Below, piece after piece: positions 29,381 through 39,267 of a DNA stretch of 64,000 bases. The translations under genes and the position numbers were made by a program. The notes below the pieces were generated by a model. The model was not told the origin of the DNA and searched no databases. It was given only the letters and a program-made list of their open reading frames with translations. The stretch lies in the IMG/VR virus record IMGVR_UViG_3300008116_003012, positions 55,007 to 119,006 of that record; one strand, 5' to 3'. The first letter of the stretch is position 1, and every line of letters starts with the position of its first letter. The DNA is from a virus.

Positions 29381-30367
29381 TCAATGACTTCTAAATAAAT
29401 CTAATGTGACACAATGGAACCCGCCTCCTAGTGTACGTTGTTGTCTTGCTGGCAGCATTGCACATTCTATTTTGTGCTTCTCTAATTCTTTTCTAAGTTC
29501 GTGTTGATGATCTGGTATTGCCGCTAGATTAGGATTGACAGAAAAGATATTCATAGCAACCCATTTGCTACTGTTACAATAGCCAGGGTAGTGTGCGACT
29601 TCGCCAGGGTCAGGTGCCCATACAACATCCCAATTTTGCAACGGCTTTGGTAATTGTTCGACACTTTTTATCCTGCTGGGATTTAACAGCATTAATCCTT
29701 CTCTTAGTAATGTAATAGTACTGTCAATGTGCATGTAACTATAGACACCTTCTAGTGTCCATACACGCTTGTTACCTACTAGATTTTGTAGATATTCTGC
29801 ACCTTTTTTATTTCCGCTGTTGCTGACAAGATATATTAAGTCATCATTTACTTTTAAAACATTTGCAGCATCAAAACAAGGTTGTGTTTCATTTAATGCA
29901 AGAGTGTCTTTATCTCCTAAGCAATTTAGGTTGTATAATTCTTTATTGTAATTAATAGGTGCTTCAATATATTTTGCACCTAATCGCTCTAAAGGTTCAA
30001 AATGTTCATGCATAGCAAGATATTCTTTATGTCTTGCACGTAAAGGTTGCGGCGTTGCTAAAATTGTATCGTTATATACTATGACGCTGTCTCTAGGACA
30101 ATAATTGTAATAATTAGGTAACGGAGTGCGTTTTGGTCTTAATACTTCTACACTTTCTCCTTTAAGAAAGTTGCAAAATGTTTCTAAGTCTTCATTGGCT
30201 TCGTCTATTACTTGTTGAGGATATAATCCTTCAGGAATGTCACTAGAATCTTTTTTATCTGCGTAATTTACAACTCGAAGACTTACATCAAGTTTAGGTA
30301 TTCTTGCACCATCAGCAACACCTACAATAACTGTTTTAAGAGTATCCCACTCGTTTTTGCTTAACAT
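29381..30367 (-). CDS. Amidinotransferase (glycine / inosamine-phosphate amidinotransferase family)
   Basis: NEWDTLKTVIVG, CPRD, FDAA, HIDST and GGGFHCVTLD catalytic motifs (Asp/His/Cys). Confidence 0.9.
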   Translation of the reverse strand: MLSKNEWDTLKTVIVGVADGARIPKLDVSLRVVNYADKKDSSDIPEGLYPQQVIDEANEDLETFCNFLKGESVEVLRPKRTPLPNYYNYCPRDSVIVYNDTILATPQPLRARHKEYLAMHEHFEPLERLGAKYIEAPINYNKELYNLNCLGDKDTLALNETQPCFDAANVLKVNDDLIYLVSNSGNKKGAEYLQNLVGNKRVWTLEGVYSYMHIDSTITLLREGLMLLNPSRIKSVEQLPKPLQNWDVVWAPDPGEVAHYPGYCNSSKWVAMNIFSVNPNLAAIPDHQHELRKELEKHKIECAMLPARQQRTLGGGFHCVTLDLFRSH

Positions 30368-30426
30368 TTAATTACCTCGGACAAATAAAAGATTAAATAG
30401 TAGCAGTTATTTAATTGAATACTACT

Positions 30427-30840
30427 ATGCTTACACAAATTTTTTCAAAAGTAAACCCAGAAAAACTGTTACATTCTGTATATAGGCCCACTGTTAAGTC
30501 TAACAGAATAGACTTAGCACCTCCAGAACAGTTTTTGCAATTGTCAATAATCAATCCTTCACATGGAAAAAAATATGATAAGCACTATCATATATGGAAA
30601 ACTCCTTCATTTGATAAGACTATTGCACAAGAATCATGGGTTATAATATCTGGTTCAGTAAGAGTCAGCTTTTATGATACAGATAATCAATTACTACAAG
30701 AAGAAATAATAGGGCCTGGAGAGTGTTCTATGACTTTTGAAGGAGGTCATACTTACGAAATCCTTGAAGAAAACACTTCAATCTACGAATTTAAAACAGG
30801 TCCTTATAACGGAAGAGAAAATGACAAACAGTTTTTTTGA
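30427..30840 (+). CDS. WbuC-like cupin
   Basis: HYH, QESWV, GGHTY and EFKTGPY; TAAATA at 30394-30399. Confidence 0.7.
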   Translation: MLTQIFSKVNPEKLLHSVYRPTVKSNRIDLAPPEQFLQLSIINPSHGKKYDKHYHIWKTPSFDKTIAQESWVIISGSVRVSFYDTDNQLLQEEIIGPGECSMTFEGGHTYEILEENTSIYEFKTGPYNGRENDKQFF

Positions 30841-31585
30841 TAATAAAACAGTAGGTATAGCAGGCTACGGATTTGTTGGAAAAGCCACGCATCGAGGTAT
30901 TCTCAACGACATGCCTGTATTAATTCACGACCTACAAAGAAATACAAACTTATCTGATCTCCAAGATGCTAGTACAGTATTTTTCTGTGTACCTACTGAT
31001 AATCAAAATGATGTAAATCGTTTACTTAATGAGATTAAAAAATTAAAAGAAATTAATAAAGAATGTAAGATTATTATTAGAAGTACAATTCCCTTAGGAA
31101 CATCTAAACGTATAGAAGAACTAATACAAGACAAAATTATCTATATACCAGAATTTTTCCGCCAGCGCATTTGGGAAGAAGAGTGCGGTCGCAGACCATT
31201 GATAGTAGGTCACAACGGAATAAATGTCAAAGAGTGGATCGGAGACGATGACTTTTTAGAATGTTCCTTAGAAGAAGCAGAACTAATAAAAATGTTCAGC
31301 AATAATTTTGCTGCATTAAGAGTTGTCTTTGCAAATCATTTCTACGAGTTAGCTGAACAAAGTAATTGCAACTACGATGTAATTACAAAATTATTTTCTA
31401 AAGTCATGCATCCTGAATCCTATCTTGAAGTAAATGAAGATTTAAGAGGATTCGGAGGGAAGTGTTTGCCAAAAGATTTAGATTTTATAATCAACACTTT
31501 CAATCAATTAGGATTGTCTCAAACATTATTTGATTCTGTTAAGAAAGATAACGAACAATGGAAAATTACCGTAAGAGAATCTTAA
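30821..31585 (+). CDS. UDP-glucose/GDP-mannose dehydrogenase family (short form)
   Basis: GYGFVG, CVPT, IRST, PEF, AELIK and GFGGKCLPKD with the catalytic Cys; lacks the C-terminal domain. Confidence 0.85.
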   Translation: MTNSFFDNKTVGIAGYGFVGKATHRGILNDMPVLIHDLQRNTNLSDLQDASTVFFCVPTDNQNDVNRLLNEIKKLKEINKECKIIIRSTIPLGTSKRIEELIQDKIIYIPEFFRQRIWEEECGRRPLIVGHNGINVKEWIGDDDFLECSLEEAELIKMFSNNFAALRVVFANHFYELAEQSNCNYDVITKLFSKVMHPESYLEVNEDLRGFGGKCLPKDLDFIINTFNQLGLSQTLFDSVKKDNEQWKITVRES

Positions 31586-32460
31586 TAACTGGTGCTGCGG
31601 GTCTTATAGGTAGAGAACTTTGTAATAAGTTATCTCTCAAGCATCATGTTGTAGGAGTTGATAATAATTTTAGATTTAATGACTACACTCCAGAAAACTG
31701 CTACTATGTTAAGAAAGATTTAAAAGAATTTATAGCATCTGCTGACAATGACTTTGACTACGTATTTCACATGGCGGCTATAAATGGTACAAGTCATTTC
31801 TATGACATGCCTCTAAATGTATTAGAAAATAATATTACTACAGATTTAGAAATATTCAATTTTGCCGGAAAAAATAAAAACTGCAAATTAATATATGCCA
31901 GCAGCAGCGAAATTGTTGCAGATTCAAAAAACTTTCCTACGGCTGAAGAAACAGATGTTGTTATAAAAGACATACACAATTCAAGATGGAGTTATCGATT
32001 ACCAAAAATTGTATCTGAAAATTATCTATTCAACAGCAACTTAGATTTTTTAATTGTGAGATTTTTCAATGTCTACGGTGCTAACAGTACCAAAGGACAT
32101 TTTATAGGTGATATTTTAGAAAAAATAAATTCTAATGTATTTGAAATACATGGGTCTAACGAAACAAGATCTTTCTGTTATATAGATGATGCTATTACTG
32201 CACTGTTATCTATATACGAACAAGTCAGCAGAGAAGTAATCAATATAGGAGCACAGGAAGAAATATCTATTCTAGATGCTGCAAATCAAATTGCAGAGTG
32301 CATGGGTATTAAAGATCCTAACTGGAAAATAGTTCCTAGCAGATATGGCAGTGTTGATAGAAGAATTCCTGATATAACAAAACTTAAATTTTATTTTAAG
32401 CAATATAATCCTATATCTTTTAAACAAGGTATAGAGTTGATTCTAAAGTCTCGTCAATAA
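31558..32460 (+). CDS. NAD-dependent epimerase/dehydratase (extended SDR; UDP-uronate decarboxylase/epimerase-like)
   Basis: TGAAGLIG, HMAA, YASSSE, YRLPK, RFFNVYG and TRSFCYIDD. Confidence 0.9.
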   Translation: MENYRKRILITGAAGLIGRELCNKLSLKHHVVGVDNNFRFNDYTPENCYYVKKDLKEFIASADNDFDYVFHMAAINGTSHFYDMPLNVLENNITTDLEIFNFAGKNKNCKLIYASSSEIVADSKNFPTAEETDVVIKDIHNSRWSYRLPKIVSENYLFNSNLDFLIVRFFNVYGANSTKGHFIGDILEKINSNVFEIHGSNETRSFCYIDDAITALLSIYEQVSREVINIGAQEEISILDAANQIAECMGIKDPNWKIVPSRYGSVDRRIPDITKLKFYFKQYNPISFKQGIELILKSRQ

Positions 32461-33257
32461 CACTTAGTAAAAATAGTTATTCCGCTTTTTTCTTTATGTG
32501 TGCCAGCGCCCGCATGTAGTCTGTTTCGTTCAAACACAATTACATTGCCTGGAGTCCATTCTACTATATTTGAAACAGTTAGTCCATGAAGACTTTCTAT
32601 ATCAATATGATTTAAGTATTTGCTGTGCATTGCTTGATCAAACAATTTACTTTTATCATAGTTAACAATTTGAGAATAATCATAGCAACGATTATCAACT
32701 TTGCCAATTTTTTTATCAGACCTAGCTTCTATTAAGTATTCTAGTTCTTTTATCAGTTTGCTGTCCACGTTAAAGTCTGTTATAGATTCTGGAGAATCTA
32801 TACATTGTTTATAAAATTCTCTAATATCTTTTACAGTTTGAAATTGTTCTTGTTTGTTGGGCAGTTGATATTCAAAAGGCGAGTTTTCTTTTTTGCTAAA
32901 TTTTGCACTGTGTCCGTTCCAAAAGTTATCAAAGAATACAGTGTAAGATTCTCCGTTATTGTAAAGAGGAATTATTATTCCATGTCCAGTACTTTGTTCT
33001 TCAGTATCTCCGCTGTCAACATGTAACTTAAAGCTTATTTTAAATAGATTAAAAATTACTTCATCAACTTGATAATTGTAATCTAATACTGAGTCTAGTA
33101 CTTTTTTAACAATATGTTGAGGCCATTGGTCCATATCCCACCTAGGATGCTTACTAGCAACATCTGGTCTTATATCAGACCGATGATCTAAAATATTTTG
33201 ATAATAAATTAGTTCATTGATCTCTGCCGGAGTAAGGACATTTTTTATTTCAAACAT
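32454..33257 (-). CDS. Putative 2OG-Fe(II) oxygenase-fold protein
   Basis: LHVD...RLHAG...K, an HxD...H pattern; paralog of 35437..36243. Confidence 0.55.
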   Translation of the reverse strand: MFEIKNVLTPAEINELIYYQNILDHRSDIRPDVASKHPRWDMDQWPQHIVKKVLDSVLDYNYQVDEVIFNLFKISFKLHVDSGDTEEQSTGHGIIIPLYNNGESYTVFFDNFWNGHSAKFSKKENSPFEYQLPNKQEQFQTVKDIREFYKQCIDSPESITDFNVDSKLIKELEYLIEARSDKKIGKVDNRCYDYSQIVNYDKSKLFDQAMHSKYLNHIDIESLHGLTVSNIVEWTPGNVIVFERNRLHAGAGTHKEKSGITIFTKCY

Positions 33258-33266
33258 ATAAAATAT

Positions 33267-34253
33267 TTATGGCTTAGATCTAATTAAATCTAGTGTAACG
33301 CAGTGAAATCCACCGCCTAGTGTTCTTTCGTGACGCATTGGTAACATAGCACAATCTATTTTATATTTTTCTAATGCTTTTCTTAAAGGTTCTTGACTTT
33401 CTTCTACAACAATTAAGTTAGGATTAATCGAAAAAACGTTCATGTTCATCCATATGCTGGCATTGCAATAACCAGGATAATGTCCTATATCTATAGGCTC
33501 AGATGCCCAAATGTAATCCCAACTTTGTAACGGCTTAGGTAGTTGATCTATGCTTTTTATTCTGCTGGGGTTCAACAACATTAGACCTTCTCTAAGGAGG
33601 GCAATGGTGCTGTCAATGTGCATGTAACTATAGACACCTTCTACTAAATGTACTTTAGCATTGTTTCCTACTAACTCTTGTAGATAGGCAGCTCCTTGTT
33701 TATTGCCACTATTGCTGACCAAATAAAACAGATCTTGATTGCATTTTAAAACATTAGCTGCATCAAAACTAGCTGTAGTTTCTGTTAGTGCCAAGACATC
33801 TTTGTCTTGTACACAAGCTTCGTTGTATAGACTATCTGGATGGTCTGGTCTATTTTTAATATATCTAACTTCTGGATATTTTAAAAAGCAGTGTTCTAAG
33901 GCAAGATGTTCATTCTTTCTTGCTCTCAGCGGTTGAGGTGTTGCAAGTATTAAGTCATCATAGACTAATACGCCATCCCTTGGGCAATAGTTATAGTATT
34001 CTGGAATAACACCGTCGTCGGGTCTAAGAACTTCTATGTTTTCTTTTTTTAAAAAATCACAGAACACTTCTAAATCTTCATTGGCTTCATCTATAACTTG
34101 TTTTGGATAGAGTCCTGTTGGGATGTCATTTATGTCAGTGACATTTGCATAATTAACTGTTCTAAGGCTTAAATCTACTTTAGGAATAGCGGCGTTTGTT
34201 GCACTACCTACAATTACAGTTTTTAAAGGATCCCATTCATTTAAACTTAGCAT
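33267..34253 (-). CDS. Amidinotransferase, second copy
   Basis: NEWDPLKTVIVG, CPRD, FDAA, HIDST and GGGFHCVTLD; highly similar to 29381..30367. Confidence 0.9.
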   Translation of the reverse strand: MLSLNEWDPLKTVIVGSATNAAIPKVDLSLRTVNYANVTDINDIPTGLYPKQVIDEANEDLEVFCDFLKKENIEVLRPDDGVIPEYYNYCPRDGVLVYDDLILATPQPLRARKNEHLALEHCFLKYPEVRYIKNRPDHPDSLYNEACVQDKDVLALTETTASFDAANVLKCNQDLFYLVSNSGNKQGAAYLQELVGNNAKVHLVEGVYSYMHIDSTIALLREGLMLLNPSRIKSIDQLPKPLQSWDYIWASEPIDIGHYPGYCNASIWMNMNVFSINPNLIVVEESQEPLRKALEKYKIDCAMLPMRHERTLGGGFHCVTLDLIRSKP

Positions 34254-34280
34254 TTATCATTTTCCTTGTTAAATACATTT

Positions 34281-34778
34281 ATGCAAAATTTTGGAAAAAC
34301 ACCTGTGTCTTGGAATATAGAAAATTTTAAAAAATTACCATATAAACTCGATCCTGATTTAATAATGTGTGAAGAATACGTAGCCGTAGGTCACCATTTA
34401 GAATCTATGAAGTTTTACAATTGTTTTGAAACAGACATAGGATTTCCTTTAGATAGTATTGTTAAAAATTTTGATTTTTTATCTAACATTCGGATCGCAG
34501 TAAATCTGTTTACACCCGGACAGTACATTCCGTTGCACTCTGACAAGTACGAAAGATTTAGCAAACTTAACAAGCTTTCAAACTTAGATTCTGTTGTTAG
34601 AATTATTCTAATGTTAGAAGACAATGTGCCTGGACAGTTTTTACAAATTGAAGATAAAGTAATTTATTCTTGGCAAGCAGGAGATTGGTTTGCGTGGAAG
34701 TCTACTGCCCAACATGCCTTTTATAATTTTAGCAAGCAGAACAGATATTCTCTACAGATAACCGGAACATTAAATTAA
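34281..34778 (+). CDS. Putative 2OG-Fe(II) oxygenase
   Basis: PGQYIPLHSD...HAFYN...RYSLQITG; TAAATA at 34270-34275. Confidence 0.7.
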   Translation: MQNFGKTPVSWNIENFKKLPYKLDPDLIMCEEYVAVGHHLESMKFYNCFETDIGFPLDSIVKNFDFLSNIRIAVNLFTPGQYIPLHSDKYERFSKLNKLSNLDSVVRIILMLEDNVPGQFLQIEDKVIYSWQAGDWFAWKSTAQHAFYNFSKQNRYSLQITGTLN

Positions 34779-35365
34779 TTAAAAATAGGTAATAAAGAAA
34801 GATCAGGGTAGTCTGTATAGTCTACTGTTCTTGGAGCAATGTCTTTAACTTTATTAAATTTTTCTATACCAGCAGCAGCAGTTTCTGGAGTCATATAATA
34901 ATGATATCCCATGGTGTAAATTTTCTGTTCAGCCCATAACACATCGCGATCTCTACCATCATAGCTCATTCTTACTAGTTGATCTCTATCTTCTTTATTA
35001 TCTAATAGAATCATCCCTCCTCGGCCTAGTCCCAAATGCTTACGAAACTGAAAACTTAAACACATATTTGTTCCGGAAATGTAACTTTGTTCTTTCCAAA
35101 GAACCGCAGCATCTATTATGTTTGTATTAGACAAATAATAATAGTCTTGCCATTGCTCGTCCTTCCATTGCCATTCTATGTTTAATTTCTTTAAAGTCAT
35201 AGGCACTGAAACATATGTATGTTTTGGACTACTGCTTGTTTTGATGTCTTGTAATCTAAGACATAGTTCTATTGCATGAGTGCAACAATCTGTAGCAACT
35301 GCATATTTAGAACCATAGTACTCGGCTATGGTATTTTCAAATTGGGTTATAGTATTAAAGCTCAT
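34775..35365 (-). CDS. DegT/DnrJ/EryC1/StrS-family PLP aminotransferase (short, 196 aa)
   Basis: FENTIAEY, AVATDCCTHAIEL, IIDAA, SFQFRKHL (PLP Lys), GGMIL and GYHYYM. Confidence 0.8.
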   Translation of the reverse strand: MSFNTITQFENTIAEYYGSKYAVATDCCTHAIELCLRLQDIKTSSSPKHTYVSVPMTLKKLNIEWQWKDEQWQDYYYLSNTNIIDAAVLWKEQSYISGTNMCLSFQFRKHLGLGRGGMILLDNKEDRDQLVRMSYDGRDRDVLWAEQKIYTMGYHYYMTPETAAAGIEKFNKVKDIAPRTVDYTDYPDLSLLPIFN

Positions 35366-35436
35366 GACAATATTTATTGTTTATAATTTAGAGCATTTTT
35401 TTTAATGTTAAATAATGGTATCAACAGGAAGAATAA

Positions 35437-36243
35437 ATGATTAGTATCCATAATAAAATTCTAAGCAACGAAGAAGTAAAAATTTTATTAGACTATTTTC
35501 AAAAAGACGATGAAAAAGTAGATGCAAGGCCGGATGTAAGAAGTAAGCATCCTATATGGGAAGAGACAGATTGGCCAGAATATATTATTCAAAATGCATT
35601 AACTAGAATATTAAACTACGATTACAAGGTAGAAGAAGTTGTATTTTTTGAATCTAAAATAAGCTATAGCCTTCATGTTGATAGCGGAAAATGTCCTAAA
35701 TCTAGAACAGGAAATGTTGTTATATTTCCGTTAACAGTTGAAGGTCTTGGTACAACTGCGTTGTTTAACAATTTTTGGAATAAAGACAGCACTAGATTTA
35801 GTAGAGTAATACTAGAACCTTTTGAATATAATTTACCTAATAAATTTAATGAATTGACTTATGTAAAAGATTTAAGAGAGTTGCTAGTAAAGTGTAAAAC
35901 TGATCCGTTGTCAATTGAAGATTTTAATGTAGATAGTGCATTTATATCTACTATAGAATATCTTATTGATGCTAGACAAGACAAAAAAGTTAGTAAAACC
36001 GACGGAAGGTGTTACGACTATACTGATATTGTTAATTGGAAAGCTGATGAAGAGTTTGATAAAACATTGCATCAACAACATTTAAGTCATATACCAATTG
36101 AAACTTTACAAGGTCTTACTTTGAATTCAATTGTAAATTGGAACATAGGAGACTGCTTTTGTTTTGAAAGAACAAGATTACATTGTGCAGGATCTGGTCA
36201 CAAAGTAAAAACAGGATTAACAATTTTTACTCAACGTGCTTGA
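35437..36243 (+). CDS. Putative 2OG-Fe(II) oxygenase-fold protein (paralog of 32454..33257)
   Basis: LHVD...RLHCAG...K; shares RPDV.SKHP, PFEY.LPNK and RCYDY with the paralog. Confidence 0.55.
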   Translation: MISIHNKILSNEEVKILLDYFQKDDEKVDARPDVRSKHPIWEETDWPEYIIQNALTRILNYDYKVEEVVFFESKISYSLHVDSGKCPKSRTGNVVIFPLTVEGLGTTALFNNFWNKDSTRFSRVILEPFEYNLPNKFNELTYVKDLRELLVKCKTDPLSIEDFNVDSAFISTIEYLIDARQDKKVSKTDGRCYDYTDIVNWKADEEFDKTLHQQHLSHIPIETLQGLTLNSIVNWNIGDCFCFERTRLHCAGSGHKVKTGLTIFTQRA

Positions 36244-38122
36244 CTGTACATTTCCAATATTGATTTTTTCTTTGATAGTGATATGCAACTCTAAAGAACT
36301 CTTCTTCTGAAAGAATACGATGATCACCTGTATGATTTATTTCAATCACTGATGATTCTTGCCCTAATACTATTTTCGTAGTTTCAATATCTTGGCTGTT
36401 GTAAGTAATAGGATATTCTGTGTCTTTATCAACACAAAGTAAAATATTTAAATCTTCTAATGTTTTATTATTTAGATTGTATGTAACTTTTAAAAAATTA
36501 CTTAGTTCATCAACAAACTGTTGTCGGTTTCTATGAAATTTAACACACGTAGCTGACTTGTATTCCCAATAGGTGTTATTTAATTTCGTTCCCCAAAACT
36601 CTCCGTTAAGTATAACATTTTCTATATTTTCTTTAGTTAAAGTATGCTCAGAGTAAAACAGCTTAGGTTTAGCTTGTTCTATGTAGTTTATAAGATCAGA
36701 TGTAAAACGAGTTTCATTAATTTTTAAAACATTCTTAACATACTTTATTATGTGATGAGCCCATCCGTAATAATACATCACAATTATCCAATGTGAAAAC
36801 ATGTAACCTTTTATTACTTCTTCAAATGTTAAATGCTTTGTTGAACAAACAGTTCCCATAGTTTCAGTAATATAATTTTCTTCATCTTCTACATTTAACC
36901 AAAATGTGTCTAATGGAACTATCTTAGAAACTATATCTTTGCTTTTTAAATACTCAGGATTACTCATTGGAGCATTAGGAGTTAATGACAGTGGATGAAT
37001 CATTAAGAAATTTTCTTGCCCCATATCAATTAATTTTTGTATGCCTGTTATAAAGCTATCAAGAGTCTCTTCAGGCATAGGCCATATTAATTCAGAGTAT
37101 GTTTTTATATCATTTTCTTTAAAAAAATCCATTGACTCTTTAATAGTTTTTTCTTGAAGATTAAATCTATCAATGGCTTCTAATGTTTTTTCATTTAAGC
37201 TTTGTAGTGCAAATGTAATTCCTTTGAACAAGTTAGTGCCTGCTTTTTTGTCCAAGGAAGATATTTTTTTAATTCTTTCTGTATTATTTTTTGCCCAGTC
37301 TACATCCCATACATTAGGATATCCAGTTTCTAATTTTTTCTTTATAACATAGGCAGTTATATCATAATCTCTTTCAAGCATTCCCCAGTTACTATCGCAT
37401 ATTGACACGTATTCAATTTTGTTTTCTGAAATCCAATCAATTTCTTTATAAACTCTTTCAAGGTCAAACAGCTTTACTTTATTCCAATAGGAACTGCCTA
37501 TATCGCAAAAGCTACAATGATAAGGGCAACCTCTTAGTGTTTCATAAGTTACTTGCCATAGAAACTTTTTATTATGTCTTTTTTCATAATTTTCCATAAT
37601 AAAATTATAGAACCCCGATAATATAGGACTAGGCAGTTTATTAAGATTCTCAGTTCGATTTATTCCAGGTATAATTTTTCCAGGAAGAGAAATTCCGCCA
37701 ATGTCATCAAAGTTTTTAGAATCTAAATTGTTTAAAATAGATGTTAATGCGTTTTCGTTTTCCCCTAAAACTGCTATGTCAAAACACTTATTAGTTTTTA
37801 ATAAAAAGGGATCTGTTGTACTAACTTGAGGCCCGCCTATAATTATAAAACTTTCAGGCCATTTTTCTTTAATTCTTTTTGCAAGTTTTCGATTATAGTT
37901 CCAATTCCAGATATAGCAACTCATAATAACAACGTGAGGTGTATCTATTCTAGAAACAAATGACTCAATTGATTCTTTTTCTATTAGTACGTCTTTTAAA
38001 ATAAAATTATTCTTAACAAAGTCGTTTTCAATCGCAGTAAGCCAATGATAAGATATAGCAAGTGGCAAAAATTTATTAGGGCCGTAACTGTCAACGACTT
38101 GAATCAAATATACATTTTTCAT
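36227..38122 (-). CDS. Cobalamin-binding (class B) radical SAM enzyme
   Basis: N-terminal B12 domain (SCYIWN, IGGPQ, GENE), ETLRGCPYHCSFC, DSNWG and ELIWPMPEET. Confidence 0.88.
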   Translation of the reverse strand: MKNVYLIQVVDSYGPNKFLPLAISYHWLTAIENDFVKNNFILKDVLIEKESIESFVSRIDTPHVVIMSCYIWNWNYNRKLAKRIKEKWPESFIIIGGPQVSTTDPFLLKTNKCFDIAVLGENENALTSILNNLDSKNFDDIGGISLPGKIIPGINRTENLNKLPSPILSGFYNFIMENYEKRHNKKFLWQVTYETLRGCPYHCSFCDIGSSYWNKVKLFDLERVYKEIDWISENKIEYVSICDSNWGMLERDYDITAYVIKKKLETGYPNVWDVDWAKNNTERIKKISSLDKKAGTNLFKGITFALQSLNEKTLEAIDRFNLQEKTIKESMDFFKENDIKTYSELIWPMPEETLDSFITGIQKLIDMGQENFLMIHPLSLTPNAPMSNPEYLKSKDIVSKIVPLDTFWLNVEDEENYITETMGTVCSTKHLTFEEVIKGYMFSHWIIVMYYYGWAHHIIKYVKNVLKINETRFTSDLINYIEQAKPKLFYSEHTLTKENIENVILNGEFWGTKLNNTYWEYKSATCVKFHRNRQQFVDELSNFLKVTYNLNNKTLEDLNILLCVDKDTEYPITYNSQDIETTKIVLGQESSVIEINHTGDHRILSEEEFFRVAYHYQRKNQYWKCTVKHVE

Positions 38123-38161
38123 ATGTATTATTTATTAACGCATTTTTTTAGAAGTAAATAT

Positions 38162-38722
38162 ATGATGTTAACTACAAAAAATTTAATAGATTGGGATAAA
38201 ATCATTTTCAACATCAGTCCTGAAAGCGGTGATCCAATCACTATGTCTGCTGTGCTAAACAAATCAGAGCACTCAAGGACTGACAAACAACTTATGTCAG
38301 ACTATGAAGAAATAGCAAAGACATGGCTAAATGCAGGTTACAACTTAGAAAATATCAAATGGTATGATTATTATCCAGGGGAACATTTTGATAAAAGTAT
38401 AGAAACTGCTTTTGAAAATTTAGTAAATGCCAAAGCTAGAAGAGTTTGGATTAGTGAAATAATGCCTGGAATAACTTCGCCTTATCACTGGGACGTAGAA
38501 GACTATGAGCAACAATGGCTTAGTGAAGGCAATCTAGTTAGATATACTTGTTTTATAGAACAGCCTACTGATGGTCACATTTTTGTATTAGAAGATCAAC
38601 ACTTTTATAATCCCGAACAGCATTCAGTAATCAAATGGGAAAATCATCGTCACTATCACGCTGGATCAAACTGCGGATTTAAACCCTTTTATCTTTTTCA
38701 TTTTGTAGGAACTCCTAGATGA
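38162..38722 (+). CDS. AspH-like 2OG-Fe(II) oxygenase
   Basis: PGITSPYHWD...YHAGSNCG; TAAATA at 38155-38160. Confidence 0.65.
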   Translation: MMLTTKNLIDWDKIIFNISPESGDPITMSAVLNKSEHSRTDKQLMSDYEEIAKTWLNAGYNLENIKWYDYYPGEHFDKSIETAFENLVNAKARRVWISEIMPGITSPYHWDVEDYEQQWLSEGNLVRYTCFIEQPTDGHIFVLEDQHFYNPEQHSVIKWENHRHYHAGSNCGFKPFYLFHFVGTPR

Positions 38723-39264
38723 TCAATTATATAGGAAACTCTAGTTCTATTATTAATTGGCAAGCACTGATAGACAATTTAAAAAATCAAGAGCCTGCTT
38801 ATGTAGGCCCTAGTCACAGTAGAAAAGATAATATTCCTGGAGTTCATAACATTTTAGATAAGTGGGATGCCGCAGGATATGTGTTACAAGAAAATGGCGG
38901 CACTGTTGGATGGGATATGTTTCTCCCTCATAAAAATTTTGACGTTGAAATAGTTAACAAATTTGCTAAGTTCGTAGGACTTACATCTTATAACAGTGCA
39001 TGGGTCAGCAGAGTTAATCCAGGTATGGTTGTTCCTTATCATTGGGATGTTCATGACAATGAAGAAGAACTTTCTAGAATGGGAAATTTTAAAAGATGGC
39101 ATTGTCACATTAGTGCCTCGAGTTTTGGTCATGCATTTTTTGCAGACAATCAATGTTTTTATAATCAAGAGCAGGGTGCGGTTTACGAATGGGACGATAG
39201 GCGACATTGGCACGGTGGAATAAATTGCGGACTAGTGCCAAAGTATGTTTTTAATTTTTGGTAA
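38719..39264 (+). CDS. AspH-like 2OG-Fe(II) oxygenase (paralog of the preceding gene)
   Basis: PGMVVPYHWD...WHGGINCG. Confidence 0.65.
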   Translation: MINYIGNSSSIINWQALIDNLKNQEPAYVGPSHSRKDNIPGVHNILDKWDAAGYVLQENGGTVGWDMFLPHKNFDVEIVNKFAKFVGLTSYNSAWVSRVNPGMVVPYHWDVHDNEEELSRMGNFKRWHCHISASSFGHAFFADNQCFYNQEQGAVYEWDDRRHWHGGINCGLVPKYVFNFW

Positions 39265-39267
39265 TAT

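Noticed and set aside
29381-34253. Amidinotransferases as archaeosine synthases linked to queD
   Set aside because: They belong to the Arg-dependent pentein (AGAT/StrB1) family, not ArcS, QueF-like or Gat-QueC, and their neighbours are sugar enzymes.
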